A stretch of 40,177 bases of DNA from Sphaeroforma arctica JP610 (lineage: Eukaryota): contig NW_014040557.1 of the NCBI RefSeq assembly GCF_001186125.1, positions 265,488 to 305,664 of the forward strand, read 5' to 3'. A model generated the notes under the pieces. It did no database searches. It was not told where the DNA came from and saw only the letters and a program-made list of their open reading frames with translations. Shown here piece after piece: positions 23,901 through 36,194 of the stretch (position 1 is the first letter of the stretch; each line of letters opens with the position of its first letter). Made by a program: the position numbers and the translations under genes.

Positions 23901-24220
23901 CGACGTGGATAGCAACGACGCGCCACGTAGCCTGCACAGAAAATGTATCAGTGCCCACTCGGCCACACAGGGAAGGGCAGTCTTTCGGAAGGAATCTGTG
24001 CGCAAAGCAAAACGTCTGTGCACATGGGAGCACTCTGTGGGGAAGGTCAAAGATAGTAACCTAGATTCTTTGGACAAATCCGACACCTCTGATAAATCCG
24101 CCACATCTGAGAAGACAGAGACATCTGAAAAAACAGACACATCGGATATGGCCATCGAGTTTGATCAGTTACTACCCATACAGTCGCTTATCACGGACAC
24201 CCCTGCAGGAGAGATGCCAG
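20911..24220 (+). CDS. Large exon of an uncharacterised repeat-rich, mostly disordered protein
   Basis: Uninterrupted 3.3-kb ORF with codon-multiple internal repeats, ending at a CAG|GTACGT donor (24221). It is preceded by catactacatag, so 20911 may be an exon start rather than the initiator. Confidence 0.75.
21028..22040 (+). repeat. Coding minisatellite: 18 units of (Q/R)KKTPSHLSTxSQxATI, 51-bp core with 39-bp and 81-bp variants
   Basis: The aagaagacgccatcgcattt core recurs, and all unit lengths preserve the frame. Confidence 0.95.
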
Positions 24221-24537
24221 GTACGTTTTATATTATCATGTATGTATATATGTATTATTAGTATACGTATGTCGTACATTCATAGGCAAACTGTGGGGTT
24301 TGTCGTATGTGTAATGTAGTATAAAAACATTGCTCTCGGTGCGTCCAATGGGCGTTCAACATGTCTAGTCTCCGCGATCCCAGTCCCAACTTGGGCGTAT
24401 ACTACTTCTACATGCAGAATTCTTTCTTGGATATACCGTGTGTATGGCCCGTGGAAGCGAGCACCCAGGGCAGGAATGTGCAAGTAACTAGTACTTTCAA
24501 AGCGACTCTTAACCTCACTCATGGTTCATCTCCACAG
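24221..24537 (+). other. Predicted 317-bp GT-AG intron (phase 1)
   Basis: Donor gtacgt, branch-like cttaac near 24508 and acceptor tccacag. Splicing joins G+AC (Asp) in frame with ORF 24591-26408. Confidence 0.65.
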
Positions 24538-26395
24538 ACACATACAACTCCACGTCCCCAAATACTAGGCAATGCGACCCGGCAGAGAATGTGTCAGGCG
24601 AGGCAATAGACTCTCTCAGTCTCTCCCCAATAAGCGGCCTGAGCACATCCGATGATCCTTCGTCATCGCACTCGTGCAGTTCTCGGTGCACTGAGTCGTG
24701 TACGTGCGCCCGCTCATGCACTAGCTGCACATGTTCCGAGTGTGCAAGCCATGACCCATCGCCAGGCACAGCGGTGTGCACAGATTCGAACGAATCCCAC
24801 ACGGCCGTTGCGTGTAGAGAGAAGAACATGGAGGATGGTAACGGACAGGGGCAGACGGGAGTACAGTCACGCACAGCGGAGTCTGAGCTATACACACAGC
24901 CGCTTGGGACAGACCCGCCAGTCGAGACAACCCCAACTCTACCGGAAACACACTCGCCGGTGGTTGGGGTGCAAACAACCTCTCAAGAAACACATACGGG
25001 AGATACACCTGAAACACTTGATGAGCCAACGACATACAAAGCACTACATGAGACACTCGTGCCAAGATCGCCACACACGCCATCCAGGTCAGAAACTGAG
25101 CAACTGCCACCCCTCCTCAGCCCCAAAAGTAGTACAGTGGTGCAGCGCATGACCCGGAGTCCATCACGCACGTGGTGCGCGGGACAGACTGGTGAAGGTG
25201 GCCCAGAAAAGGCCTTGTGCAAACAGATCAAAGACCTGCAGACGATAGACACGTCGTCGTGTAGCTCGGGGTCATCCAGGTCGGTGTGTGTTGCGGATTT
25301 GATATCCTCTCCGCGTGCTATTGAAGATGGGATCCCAGATACAGAGGGAGCTACACCGTTTATGGGTAAGAATAAGCGGCAACATGGAAGCACGGAGGAG
25401 GCTGTCGGGGCGATTGAGGGTATACAGTCAGGCGAAAATGTGACGACAGAAGAGAGGCCTGTCACACCACTGGAAACGACTTTGGACCAAATATTACATT
25501 ACATCGCTACTTCATCATCCCTATCTAGTCTGCTTACTTTGGACCAAATATTACATTCCATCGCTACTTCATCGTCCCTATCTAGTCTGCTTCCCGACAT
25601 ATCTGCGCCGTGCAGTGCAACAGAATCCGCTAAAGTCCCTGTGCAAAACAGCGCCCCTGTGCAGAACAGCGCCGCTGTACAGAATAATGCCCCTGTGCAA
25701 AACAGCGCCCGTGTACAGAACAGTACCGCCACCATCGATGATGTACCGTGCACTGAAGTGGCTGCCATGAACACCGATCCATGCGCGCAAAACACAGCGT
25801 ACGCACAGGCGACACCCGGAATTCTATCTGCACCGCTGTTGGAAGGGGCCGATAGTCTGTACACTTCGAGCCCTGTTTGGTTTGATGTGAACTATTTGAC
25901 TGCTGTTGATTTGTGCAGCCAGCCCCTTAATATTCACGCAGACACCTCTGTCGCAAATCCCAGTGAGACTGTGCCAACGTTAGTTACGCCCTTGACTGAT
26001 GATTTGTGGGAGGGGACGCAGCTCCCCTCCAATGTACCCACTTCGATTGCGACAACACCTGTGAAGGCTCCACGTTCGAGTGAAGTGTGTAATACTGACA
26101 TGAAAACAACAGGTGATGACACAGGTGATAACACAGGTGAAATGGTACGCAAGGAAGATGCACGTATGAATAAAGTGTGTGATACTGACATGAAGACAAC
26201 AGATGATGACACGGGTGAAATGGTACGCAAGGAAGATGCACGTACGAATGAAGTGTGTGATACTGACATGAAGACAACAGATGATGACACGGGTGAAATG
26301 GTACGCAAGGAAGATGCACGTACAAATGAAGTGTGTGATACAAACATGAAGACGACAAGCGATGACGCGGGTGTCGGTTGGTACGCAAGGAAGAT
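24538..26395 (+). CDS. Next exon of the same protein (Ser/Thr/Pro/acidic, with a Cys cluster and repeats); runs into the gap
   Basis: About 620 open codons in frame with the predicted splice. The apparent stop at 26408 falls in noisy contig-end sequence. Confidence 0.7.
25479..25592 (+). repeat. 57-bp tandem duplication (TLDQILHxIATSSSLSSLL x2)
   Basis: Directly visible and frame-preserving. It is followed by five 18-bp VQNxAx units at about 25641-25730. Confidence 0.9.
26081..26394 (+). repeat. 78-bp coding tandem repeat (EVCDTDMKTTDDDTGEMVRKEDARTN), 4 units, probably continuing into the gap
   Basis: Units start at about 26081, 26171, 26249 and 26327. Confidence 0.93.
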
Positions 26396-27331
26396 TGTCC
26401 CCGGTTAACGGGAAAACGTTTACGGGTAAAACGGGTTTACCGGTTTACGGGGTAGGGGTAACGTTTAAACCCTTACGGAACCAACTTAACGGTANNNNNN
26501 NNNNNNNNNNNNNNNNNNNNNNNNNNNNNNNNNNNNNNNNNNNNNNNNNNNNNNNNNNNNNNNNNNNNNNNNNNNNNNNNNNNNNNNNNNNNNNNNNNNN
26601 NNNNNNNNNNNNNNNNNNNNNNNNNNNNNNNNNNNNNNNNNNNNNNNNNNNNNNNNNNNNNNNNNNNNNNNNNNNNNNNNNNNNNNNNNNNNNNNNNNNN
26701 NNNNNNNNNNNNNNNNNNNNNNNNNNNNNNNNNNNNNNNNNNNNNNNNNNNNNNNNNNNNNNNNNNNNNNNNNNNNNNNNNNNNNNNNNNNNNNNNNNNN
26801 NNNNNNNNNNNNNNNNNNNNNNNNNNNNNNNNNNNNNNNNNNNNNNNNNNNNNNNNNNNNNNNNNNNNNNNNNNNNNNNNNNNNNNNNNNNNNNNNNNNN
26901 NNNNNNNNNNNNNNNNNNNNNNNNNNNNNNNNNNNNNNNNNNNNNNNNNNNNNNNNNNNNNNNNNNNNNNNNNNNNNNNNNNNNNNNNNNNNNNNNNNNN
27001 NNNNNNNNNNNNNNNNNNNNNNNNNNNNNNNNNNNNNNNNNNNNNNNNNNNNNNNNNNNNNNNNNNNNNNNNNNNNNNNNNNNNNNNNNNNNNNNNNNNN
27101 NNNNNNNNNNNNNNNNNNNNNNNNNNNNNNNNNNNNNNNNNNNNNNNNNNNNNNNNNNNNNNNNNNNNNNNNNNNNNNNNNNNNNNNNNNNNNNNNNNNN
27201 NNNNNNNNNNNNNNNNNNNNNNNNNNNNNNNNNNNNNNNNNNNNNNNNNNNNNNNNNNNNNNNNNNNNNNNNNNNNNNNNNNNNNNNNNNNNNNNNNNNN
27301 NNNNNNNNNNNNNNNNNNNNNNNNNNNNNNN

Positions 27332-28378
27332 CGACACCGCGTGAGTCACAGTCCCAACGAACGTGCAATCGCCGGAATACCCAAACTTACCGTGGAACCG
27401 TAATCCTCAGAATTGCCGGAGAGCCATCGTATCGCACCCAAATCTTCACGGCAGCAAAATCGCCTTTCCCGGCTTTCAGATCAACAACCATCTCCCCAAT
27501 TAACACCTCAATCTCCGGGCCACTGCGCTTCAAAAGATGTCGCACCGCGTGAGTCACAGTCCAAAGTGCAATCGCCAGAATCCCAATTCCGTGGAACTGT
27601 ATCCTCAGAATTGCCGGAGAGCCATCGTATCGCACCTAAATCTTCACGGCAGCAAAATCGCCTTTCCAGGCTTTCAGGTCTGTCGCCTGCACCGTCATTC
27701 ATGCCACTGCGAGCTGCACTGCAGCCGAAATCATATACATCCCAGCGCCCGCATTTACCACATCCAGATTTTCGATATAACAAGCCCAGAGCTTTGCCTC
27801 CATCGGCACCACCACCACCAACGTTTGCGCGAGAGCCAGCATACTCGTTCTCATGGCCACAGCTTGCTCCCACTGCACCAGCCACAATACAGTTGGCCAA
27901 ATCACGGTCCGGGATCGCGTACAACCCATCGAACCCCGCACGGGACTTGCCTTACCGTTCGGATGGGAACACAGCACACACAGCAAACTTGCCTGGCTGG
28001 TCAGATCAGACAACAGCACAGAGTGTACCTCGACAGCCTGACATGGCGAGAGTTGGGCGTGTGCATGGTGTTGAGCGACAGGACCTGCCACGTGGTAGTG
28101 TTGTACGACATATGACAGGGAGGAAGATTGTGAATAGCTCTTACTTTCTCGACGCTCTGGCTAAATCATCAGCAGATAGAGACATGAAAGAACCCTCGAT
28201 AACAACTACAAGTGCATATTCGTCACAGGACAGCACGAGGACTCGTCCATATACAGCGAGAAACCGACCCTGGTCTACTTTGGATGAAAATGTCACTAGC
28301 TCGTTTCGAAGCAAAGCAACCACTGCAATACTTAAATCCGAGGAGGAAGCTGGAAAGGCTAAGCGCGGCAAATTGTAG
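27332..28378 (+). CDS. Pro/Ser/Arg-rich coding segment, probably the C-terminus of the same gene; begins with a 198-bp tandem repeat
   Basis: 321-codon ORF (27413-28378) on the same strand after the gap. gagccatcgt occurs at 27421 and 27619 (66-codon period). Confidence 0.6.
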
Positions 28379-28699
28379 TATCGGTGATGGGTGCACAAAT
28401 ACACAGTACTCTTATATATGCTTCTGTATACTTAGATGATTCAATCTAGTGTGCAACTATTAGTTTTCTCTGTCGGTTACCGAGAAATCTGTATACAACC
28501 GCAGATTTCAACGGTCTGTGCCATCTCATAATGTCAAGTTAGAAATCATTCACTAACTTACTAGGACCACCAAGCCACTACGCGTAACTCGTATATCAAA
28601 ATCTGACAGATGTACTACGGAAATAAATTCTGCATCATTACGTGTATCGGAAGGAGCTGGAGGCGTTTATTTTATTTATAACCAGGGGGTTTTATATTT

Positions 28700-29550
28700 A
28701 TATTTATAAACAGGGTGACATTATCAAGATGGTTTTTGATACAGATGCTGCGGTATACCAACTCGATAGAGATTGTGTCGACTACCGAAATAAACGAGAC
28801 GCTCAGTAAAATCGCCGCCACATAATGATTTAAAATGGTATGTCTGACAGATGAAGTTGACAATCATCAAATGGTCAAGCACAAGTGCCGAACATCGTGC
28901 TTATCAAACTTTAACAAATTCGTGCGCATAGCAGTACTCGTGTATCGTCAATATACAGTTTCGCTGAAGTCCCATTGTGGTACCCAAGTACATTCAGCTT
29001 AAGTGTCCTCTCGTTTTAATATCAGTGATGACGTTTCCTATCTATCTACTTTCCGCATTAAGCAAAATGTACATCTTTACTTCTAATTACTGCTGATCCT
29101 TGCAAATACAAATACTACTGAACAGCCATAAGTTTTCAGTCCTGCCACGAACGCTACAGTTGCCATAGTACCATTGTTGGTTATAAAAGTGAGATCTAAT
29201 ATAAGATTGTATACTGCGATACCAAAATGCTTTTGCGCCACATATTCCTGGTGTTGCGAGTAAAGAATAAATATAAAACATGTGCGACAATCCGTTGCTA
29301 ATCTTTCGGAATTAGAAACAGGCTGAACATAGCACAGCTGTAATTTTCCTACTAATAAAGTTGTTATATTCGCGATAATCTGCAAAGTTAGAACGTGTGC
29401 ACTTCATCATACTCCTTATCAAACAAATTGGTTCAAACCTGGACAGAATATATTGTGCGGTTGCGGTGTGGATTATGTCATAGTCCTTTTTGACCTGCTC
29501 GGCTTCATAGGTGTCTTCTACGGTTATGGCCTCTGAGGACATAACTTTGC
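28700..29550 (-). mobile_element. Probable Mutator/MULE transposase remnant
   Basis: LILDLTFITN...FVAGLKTYGCSVVFVFA (D near 29195) resembles MULE DxT[YF]xTN...FVG...G.SV.FxxA. A candidate second Asp and a C-x2-H-like motif occur at about 28870-29025 in broken frames. Confidence 0.55.
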
Positions 29551-31939
29551 AAGGGATATGAAATTAGATCCCAGTGATTATTAAATCTGTCAACACCATT
29601 TATGGACGGCCTCGCCAATGATAGTATTACAAAGTTTGTCGTATCATATCTTTACCTTTGTATACATTATCAGGTTCCGTAATAATGGTCCGGCCCGGCA
29701 AAGCCCTTGTTTTAAACTAGTAGCGGCATCAGATTTTCAAACATAATTTTAAGCGAACGGCTATATTGAAGCAGCCGTTGGAAATACAACTTTATTTTCC
29801 ACAAAAACTGACATATATTTCGATTGAGGTAGTAAAGCGTGTCATGTCGATAATCGGTTGGAATATAAACCGACCGTGTGGCAAATAGTCAATTTTGTGT
29901 ACTCATAAAAATAAGAGATAGTATGTATAAATTTGTACCTTTAGCACCTGTACTTTACGCCCTCTATAAAGTAATTCGACCATATCATAATTAAATTATT
30001 TGACTACAGTGAATACACTCGAGTGGTAGGTGAGAGCTACAGGTTTCAGACAAGATTTTATAGCAGGAATTTATTCGAGAATGAAGTCTCTTAGCTCGCT
30101 CCCGAGAGTTAAATTGATTTCCTAACCGACTGTCGAGAGTAGATTGAGTTTTTGAGAGTTGAAGAACCACGCAATCTGAAAATAGTTACGCCCCTATGTG
30201 AGTCATGGCTTATGCGAAAGAACATCATATATACAATGGCTGAGAAGTCGAAACAGAATAGCATCCAAGTGGTAAAGTGATCTGCAGAAGATTTCTCGTA
30301 CTGGCCAACCCAAGTTGTTGAACACTAGCAGAATCACTTCAGGTATAAAATCAAAGGTGAGGTCAGAAATAAAGATATACTTTTGCACTTTATTTTAAGT
30401 CTACCACTTTTAATATACTCTAACAAATGATACAATAATGCACGAGTACGACAAGTATACGTGCAGGTATTTTGGCACACTCCAACAAGCTGATATCTCG
30501 ACAGGTTTTAGGTATTTTTAGGTATCATTCGAATCCTATATTAAAAACAGAAATAGAACATTCAAAAATTCCAAATTTGTACTCACAGTAGATACATGTA
30601 TTATATTAAACTACATAGAATATCACAACGAAATCAACAGGATATATAGATGATTCACACGAGTCTATATCACACACAAATGCTGACTTTAAAAGTGTGA
30701 TGAGTGATAAAAAGGATTTCAGATATAAATCGACTACATGGCGAATGGTATAGCGTGGTCAATGTTTTTGGTGAAACTGGTATGTATGTACAAGTTCTGA
30801 CCGTTGCTTCTCGTCAAGTGTCTAAAACCGAGAAGTTTAAGACGAGTGATAGTTTATATGTATCAGCGTATACCTGACGATGTTAAGGATATTCTAGCTA
30901 TATCGGTCGATACGTTGTTTATATGTATGAAGGACATAGAAGTTAAACAGTGTTAGCAGCACAAACGCACTTGGCATGTGCCAATGTCATCTACTGGATG
31001 ACCGAGATTAGTAGGAATTTGCGAACGATGTCAACTACTTTAGAACACTATTTTTTCCGCAATGATGACTACATCCTCGAATAGTGAAATCTCAGATTAT
31101 CTTTTAATTGTATTAACAAGAAATCGCGTGAACGCCTACGTAAGAACCTAGTGATTACAAACAAACTGTTCGCTGATTCAAGTTAAAAGGCTAAGCAGGT
31201 ATGCATTCATTTTCGGGTATGAAGTTTTGATTCTCTTTACATAGAGAGATACTTCTTAGATCCAGAACCAATAAGCGTGCGTTTAGTTAAGCAGGCCGAA
31301 CTGTGAGTGGCAAATGAATAAAGTAAACAGGCAACTAGCTTGTTACAATTTATGCATGCTAATAGCAGACTTTGACAACACTATGTACAGGGAATACAAA
31401 TATAACCCTTATATGGGGAAGTACTCTAAATGTACATACAGATTTACGGGTACGTTTTCTAATTGCCCCATTAAGATTGCTAAATGCGATTTTCAGTTCC
31501 TTTCTCAGACTTCAAACAAAAAAAATAAAAGTATATTTAGAGACTTTTTTATGTATTTACATTTAGTGACTTTCCAGTGCTGTAATTTTTTTGATGACGC
31601 AAAAATTTAAAAATGATTTTTCTATTTTTATATGCCGGCGAGTGTGCCAACTGACAACCGACTCACACATCTGCGAAGTCTTGTGTGGATGTATATTTTA
31701 AAAATAAAAATAAAAATACATGCTAGTTATGTATGTAAAGTCCAAGAAATGCACACAGCTTCAGCACTTAATATCATGTTCTGTGATTTATCTAACGATA
31801 CCCTTTATTTTATTTGCTACAGGGATGAGACACACGATCTCAGAAGACAAATTCCTGTCGAATTTAGTGAGAGCATAACGACAGCAAATTGTATCATATC
31901 GAAGTGTAGATTAAACATGTGGATATGAAGGTAAGCGTT

Positions 31940-32222
31940 TGTGTGTGTGTGTGGATATGAAGGTAAGTCGTTTGTGTGTGTGTGTGGATGTCAATGAGTG
32001 TGTGAGAGAGAGTTAGTGTGTGTAAGTGTGCTTGTGTGTTTGTGTCTGTGTGTCTGTGTGCGCGTACGTGCGTGTGTGTGTGTGTGTGGGCGTGTGTGTG
32101 TGTGTGTGTGTATGTGCGTGTTAGTTTGTGCGCGCGCGTGTGTGTGTGTGTGTAGTGTCGCGTGTCTATATATATATATATATAATATATTATTATATAT
32201 ATTACTATATATATATGTATAT

Positions 32223-32270
<48 letters not shown>
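31940..32270. repeat. (TG)n then (TA)n microsatellite block
   Basis: Directly visible; it abuts the truncated LTR. Confidence 0.96.
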
Positions 32271-32277
<7 letters not shown>

Positions 32278-33736
32278 TTCGATTGATATTTCTATGTTTT
32301 GAACTGTGTTATATAAACATTTAAGTCATTTAGGATTTAGCAGTGGTAGCTTGTGTAAGAATGAATGGGACTGCCTCTTGGTAAGAGCCTTAATATCCTC
32401 GATCACACAGGACGTACCTCTAGCTGTTCTTTATTGAATAATTTTCACTAGAAGTACTAAGTGTCCATGACCAGATGTCTAATTCGTAGATAGACATAAG
32501 AACGTAAGTCAAGTTAATACATTAGCTAATATAAATAAAGTTTCATCTGAAGAAAAGTTAAAAAAAGAGAAAGACATTGGATTTTGGAGATTGGCGGGAA
32601 GGCCAAAACCTGTATGTAGTAGTTCAGAGATTATAGAATTTAGTTTATAATATCCTATAAAAATAGCGGGTTCCTAATAGTAGTTGCACAGTTAACGTAT
32701 ATTATAAACGTATTGGCGTTCATACTTATAATACCCGAATACGTTTAACGAATTGGACATGAACAAGAACTGAGATATTCAAGATTCTGAACATGTGATA
32801 GTACTCAGTAGAGTATGGGACTCTACTGTGGACAATTAGGTAGTTTTCCAAATATAGATTGGTATTTCCACTGAAATTAGAATTGTACATAGTATAGGAA
32901 CGACATCAATCTAACACCTGAAAATGACACTTTGGGAATCTCTAACAGGGGTACCATGCAGATGGTCTCAGGCATGAAATGGTTGTTGGTACAAACCTAT
33001 GGCATAATTCGATACTCCACTGAGAAAAAGACAGGATCAGAGTTGTTAGAATTTAGGACAACATGGTTTTGGTTCCTCCTAGCCAGCCAACTAGATGTGC
33101 CCGTCTATGCCTTAAATGGGATGGAGAGCTAGGTACCAAGTGATGTGGTTTAGGTGCAGATGTATACTGCACCGACTTTGTGTTTTGATTTTCTTTTTAA
33201 TTTTCTTAAGTTGGACTTAGAGATATTTTATGAGTTAGTTTGATTAGGTAATTGTTTCGAGGCGTGAAATGTAAATTATGCGTCCAATGAAATGATATCT
33301 AGTCTTAGTAACTAAAACATAGATAAATCTAGAACGAAGTAGTTAGTGATTACAGCGGAGCATATAGACAATAGTCTCAGTCTAAAATCCCCTAATCTTT
33401 TACTCGTTACCAAGGGCTGAAGCTAAACTTATTTAACATTTTGCATTTAAACGTTTTCACGTATTGTTTTATTAACGTAAACGTCTTGGTATCGTATAGT
33501 CAGCCTAGATGAGACCGACTTTTACAATCCTACATCTACTATCGTCTCAAATAGGTCCAAGTAAACGAGTCATACCAAATACTCAGGCTATTGAAGCCAT
33601 CAAAGTGAATTTAGAACACTTTGGAAATATTGGAGAAAAAAACTTGTATTAAATTTTTTTAAATACAAATAAAAACAATTTTTGTTATCTCATTCGATCT
33701 TGATATTTTAGACTAACCGGAGGCCGTATTTCTACA
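32270..33736 (-). repeat. 3' LTR (about 1.47 kb visible; distal end lost at the TA microsatellite)
   Basis: 32270-32657 and 33527-33651 align with 39680-40177. On the minus strand it begins TGTAG at 33736, immediately after GGGGGCTA. Confidence 0.85.
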
Positions 33737-33744
33737 TAGCCCCC
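33737..33744 (-). other. Polypurine-tract-like GGGGGCTA
   Basis: Immediately 5' of the TG that opens the 3' LTR on the minus strand. Confidence 0.55.
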
Positions 33745-33943
33745 AGTAGCTTTTAGTACTACGGACGTACGTGAAGGTACGATCTAGTTCGTAAAGCGAA
33801 AACCAAAGTAAAACGGTTTCGGTCATAGCTTATCGAGTAAGTATGTGCCTATATGTACGAGTTCAAGGCTCATGTTGTACTCTATTAAGCAGATAAGAAA
33901 GTATAGTAACATAGGAAGTAGGTGGCAAATAGGGAATTTCATA

Positions 33944-35230
33944 TCAATCCGGGTTTGTATTCACCTGAGGAAACCCTTTCCGTTTATCTCGTGTGTTCTT
34001 ATGTAAACACTTATTCCATTTCTTATTAAAGATACGAAGGAAGTCGCGAGATTCACGAAACGCGTCGGAGGTTAGCTAAGCTACTGTCCCATCCATAAAA
34101 CGGGTCTTGTAGTAAGTGTAACCGTTTTACTTGTGACTTCATAACTGGGACATCGGAGTCAAATGAGCAAGCAAATGAGAGTTCGGAGGTAGGGATACGG
34201 TGAGTGCCTAGATTAGTTGCGCTAGTACCATCTATGTTATTCACTTCGTAAGTATCACTCTTCTCATCATGGTAGGAAATAACAAAAAGGTACAATTGTC
34301 TTAGAAGAGAGTTCGGTAACGTTGGCATTGCGATTTATAATATTATCATAATCGCCAACTTTGAACTGAACAATGTTCTTAGTGTTATTCCATCGGTCAT
34401 ACGCTTTAAGTGGGACACGATTTTTGTGCTCGAGTAAACAGGGGTAAACAACATTCTGCATATGCTCGATCTTTTGTAGCCACGGAGAAACGTGTTTCTC
34501 GGGCGCAGTTTTGACAAACGTTGCTTGTAATTCACTATAGCGGCCAAAGAAATAGTGAAACGGGAGTGTTCCAGTTTGGAGGATTCATGCAGTTATTCAT
34601 CTGAGTCTGAACCCCTTTCAAATGATAAGGCCACATATCCTCAACGTCATCTAGTGCGGTACGCAATAGCTTCTTCAGTTCTCTTTGACGTGTCTCATTT
34701 GCACCCTGCGTTTGAGGTTTATAAGGAACACCACGCCTATGGTTCATGCCTGATACGAGTATAAGTGCCTCCATTACGTCGGTACGAAACACACTACCGT
34801 TATCAGAACATAGTACTCGGGGGAAACCGAAGTCATTGAAGACGTGATAGCATAACTATGCCACTGTTTGCAGGCGTTTGCTCGGTATTGCATAAAACAA
34901 GTTATAGCCCAAAGCCACACATAAAAAATGTCAGAAATATACATCGCCAGTATGCTTGGATCGCGGGAGTTTAACCAAATCGACTATGACTCGGCGCATC
35001 GGTTGGTCTTCTGTCACATTTTTTAGGAATGCCCAACCGTAGTGCTTGATCTGGTTCTTTTCACAATCAGTACAGCGTCGGTATACTTCACGTATGGTTT
35101 CTTTCAGCGCCGGGTGATCAAGCCCCTGCACGAATAGCCACCTTATAAGTATGCTCATATGCTCGATGAGTTAAAATATGTATTATTTTAACTCTACTCT
35201 CGAGCTCTTCTAAGTTAGTCAGACTATGTG
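33944..35230 (-). pseudogene. DDE (rve) integrase with HHCC finger and a chromo-like C-terminal tail
   Basis: HILTH...CTDCEK, VIVDLVKL, GFPRVLCSDNG, PYKPQTQGANETR, FKVGD and GYTYYKTRFMDGT, with many frameshifts. Confidence 0.9.
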
Positions 35231-35378
35231 TAACGCTGGCTGGATGAACCATAGTCCCGTTAGATAGGGNNNNNNNNNNNNNNNNNNNNGTCTTGAGCTT
35301 TTGTTCAAACTCCTTAGACTCCTCTAGTTTAGCTAAGAACTCGGTTAAGGGTTTCCATTTAGTGGTACCTGCAGGACC

Positions 35379-35777
35379 GATGTGACAAATGATGGTGTGT
35401 TTCCAAGGTGTCTTCTTAATAGAATAGGATCCCTGATACAAGAACGTGTCGGTTTCACGGTCGACATAGATAGGCTCGTCGTGTATCATATCAATTAAAT
35501 CACATATCCATGGGTCGGAGCTACGCAAGGGACACCAAAGCGTAATGGTAGATTTAGTAATATTAACATAATTTAACAACTGTGTGATAAGTTGCCAAGG
35601 TGGGTTAGCCCACGCCTTATACTTTGATAGGTCAAGCTGAAAGGCACCACCTTTGGGATGAGTCAACGACCTATAATCAGAAACCTGTTTGTTCTGTTCT
35701 GCGGCGAACATATCAATAGTAAATGGACCCCATCTTGATTGAGCGAGGTTAAAACATTTCTTATTAAGCATCCAATC
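35379..35777 (-). CDS. DIRS/phage-Dam-like DNA N6-adenine methyltransferase domain, in frame with RNase H
   Basis: DWMLN...F...RWGPFTIDMFA...N...Y...AF...WANPPWQLITQLL...TLWCP...PW. IDMFA is at 35703-35717 and NPPW at 35595-35606. Confidence 0.88.
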
Positions 35778-35822
35778 GGTTGCTAATAACTCTTTAACTG
35801 TATTCTGGTAGTCAGGGACAGG

Positions 35823-36176
35823 TCGAGAGAGCATGTCAAGATGATTATGTATTCCTGGTATGTGTGTAATGTTAAAAGCGAACTTAGCAATAATGTCATG
35901 CCAGCGACTCACCAACTGTGAATCAGGGTTCATGTCCTTCATATATGTTAAAGACTTTTGATCACAGGCGACAGTGAAGTAGCTTCCATAAAGGTAGTCT
36001 TTAAACTGTCTTAGCGCAGTAACTATAGCAAGGAGCTGTTGTTTAACGGTAGGGTAATTCCGTTGACTCTTATTATAACTCTTGCTAAAGAATTGTATGT
36101 AGCGCGGTTTACCATTTATCGTTTGGTAAAGCACTCCACCTACCGCTCGATCTGAAGCATTGGTCGCTACTTGGAA
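35823..36176 (-). pseudogene. Ty3/Gypsy RNase H
   Basis: TNAS (from TDAS), AVGGVLYQ, FFSK, QRNY, LLAIVTAL, F..YLYG..F, CDQKSL, RW, ITHIPG, DMLSR. Several catalytic acidic residues are mutated. Confidence 0.92.
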
Positions 36177-36194
36177 TGGGACGCCATCCACAGG

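Noticed and set aside
21795..26388. Numerous minus-strand and alternative-frame ORFs over the large gene
   Set aside because: These are shadow ORFs of repetitive, GC-richer coding sequence with no independent motifs.
26395..26494. Palindrome-rich ggttaacgggaaaacgtttacggg... tract as a transposon end or telomere-like repeat
   Set aside because: It sits at a contig end and continues the 78-bp repeat with inflated homopolymers, which is typical of low-quality read-end noise. Similar extra bases occur at 27332-27410.
5566..27552. Long ORFs spanning N runs (5566-6816, 5669-6241, 15230-16204, 26362-27552, 26445-27368, 26486-27349)
   Set aside because: Their length is an artefact of the gaps. Only the 6187-6816 part is supported.
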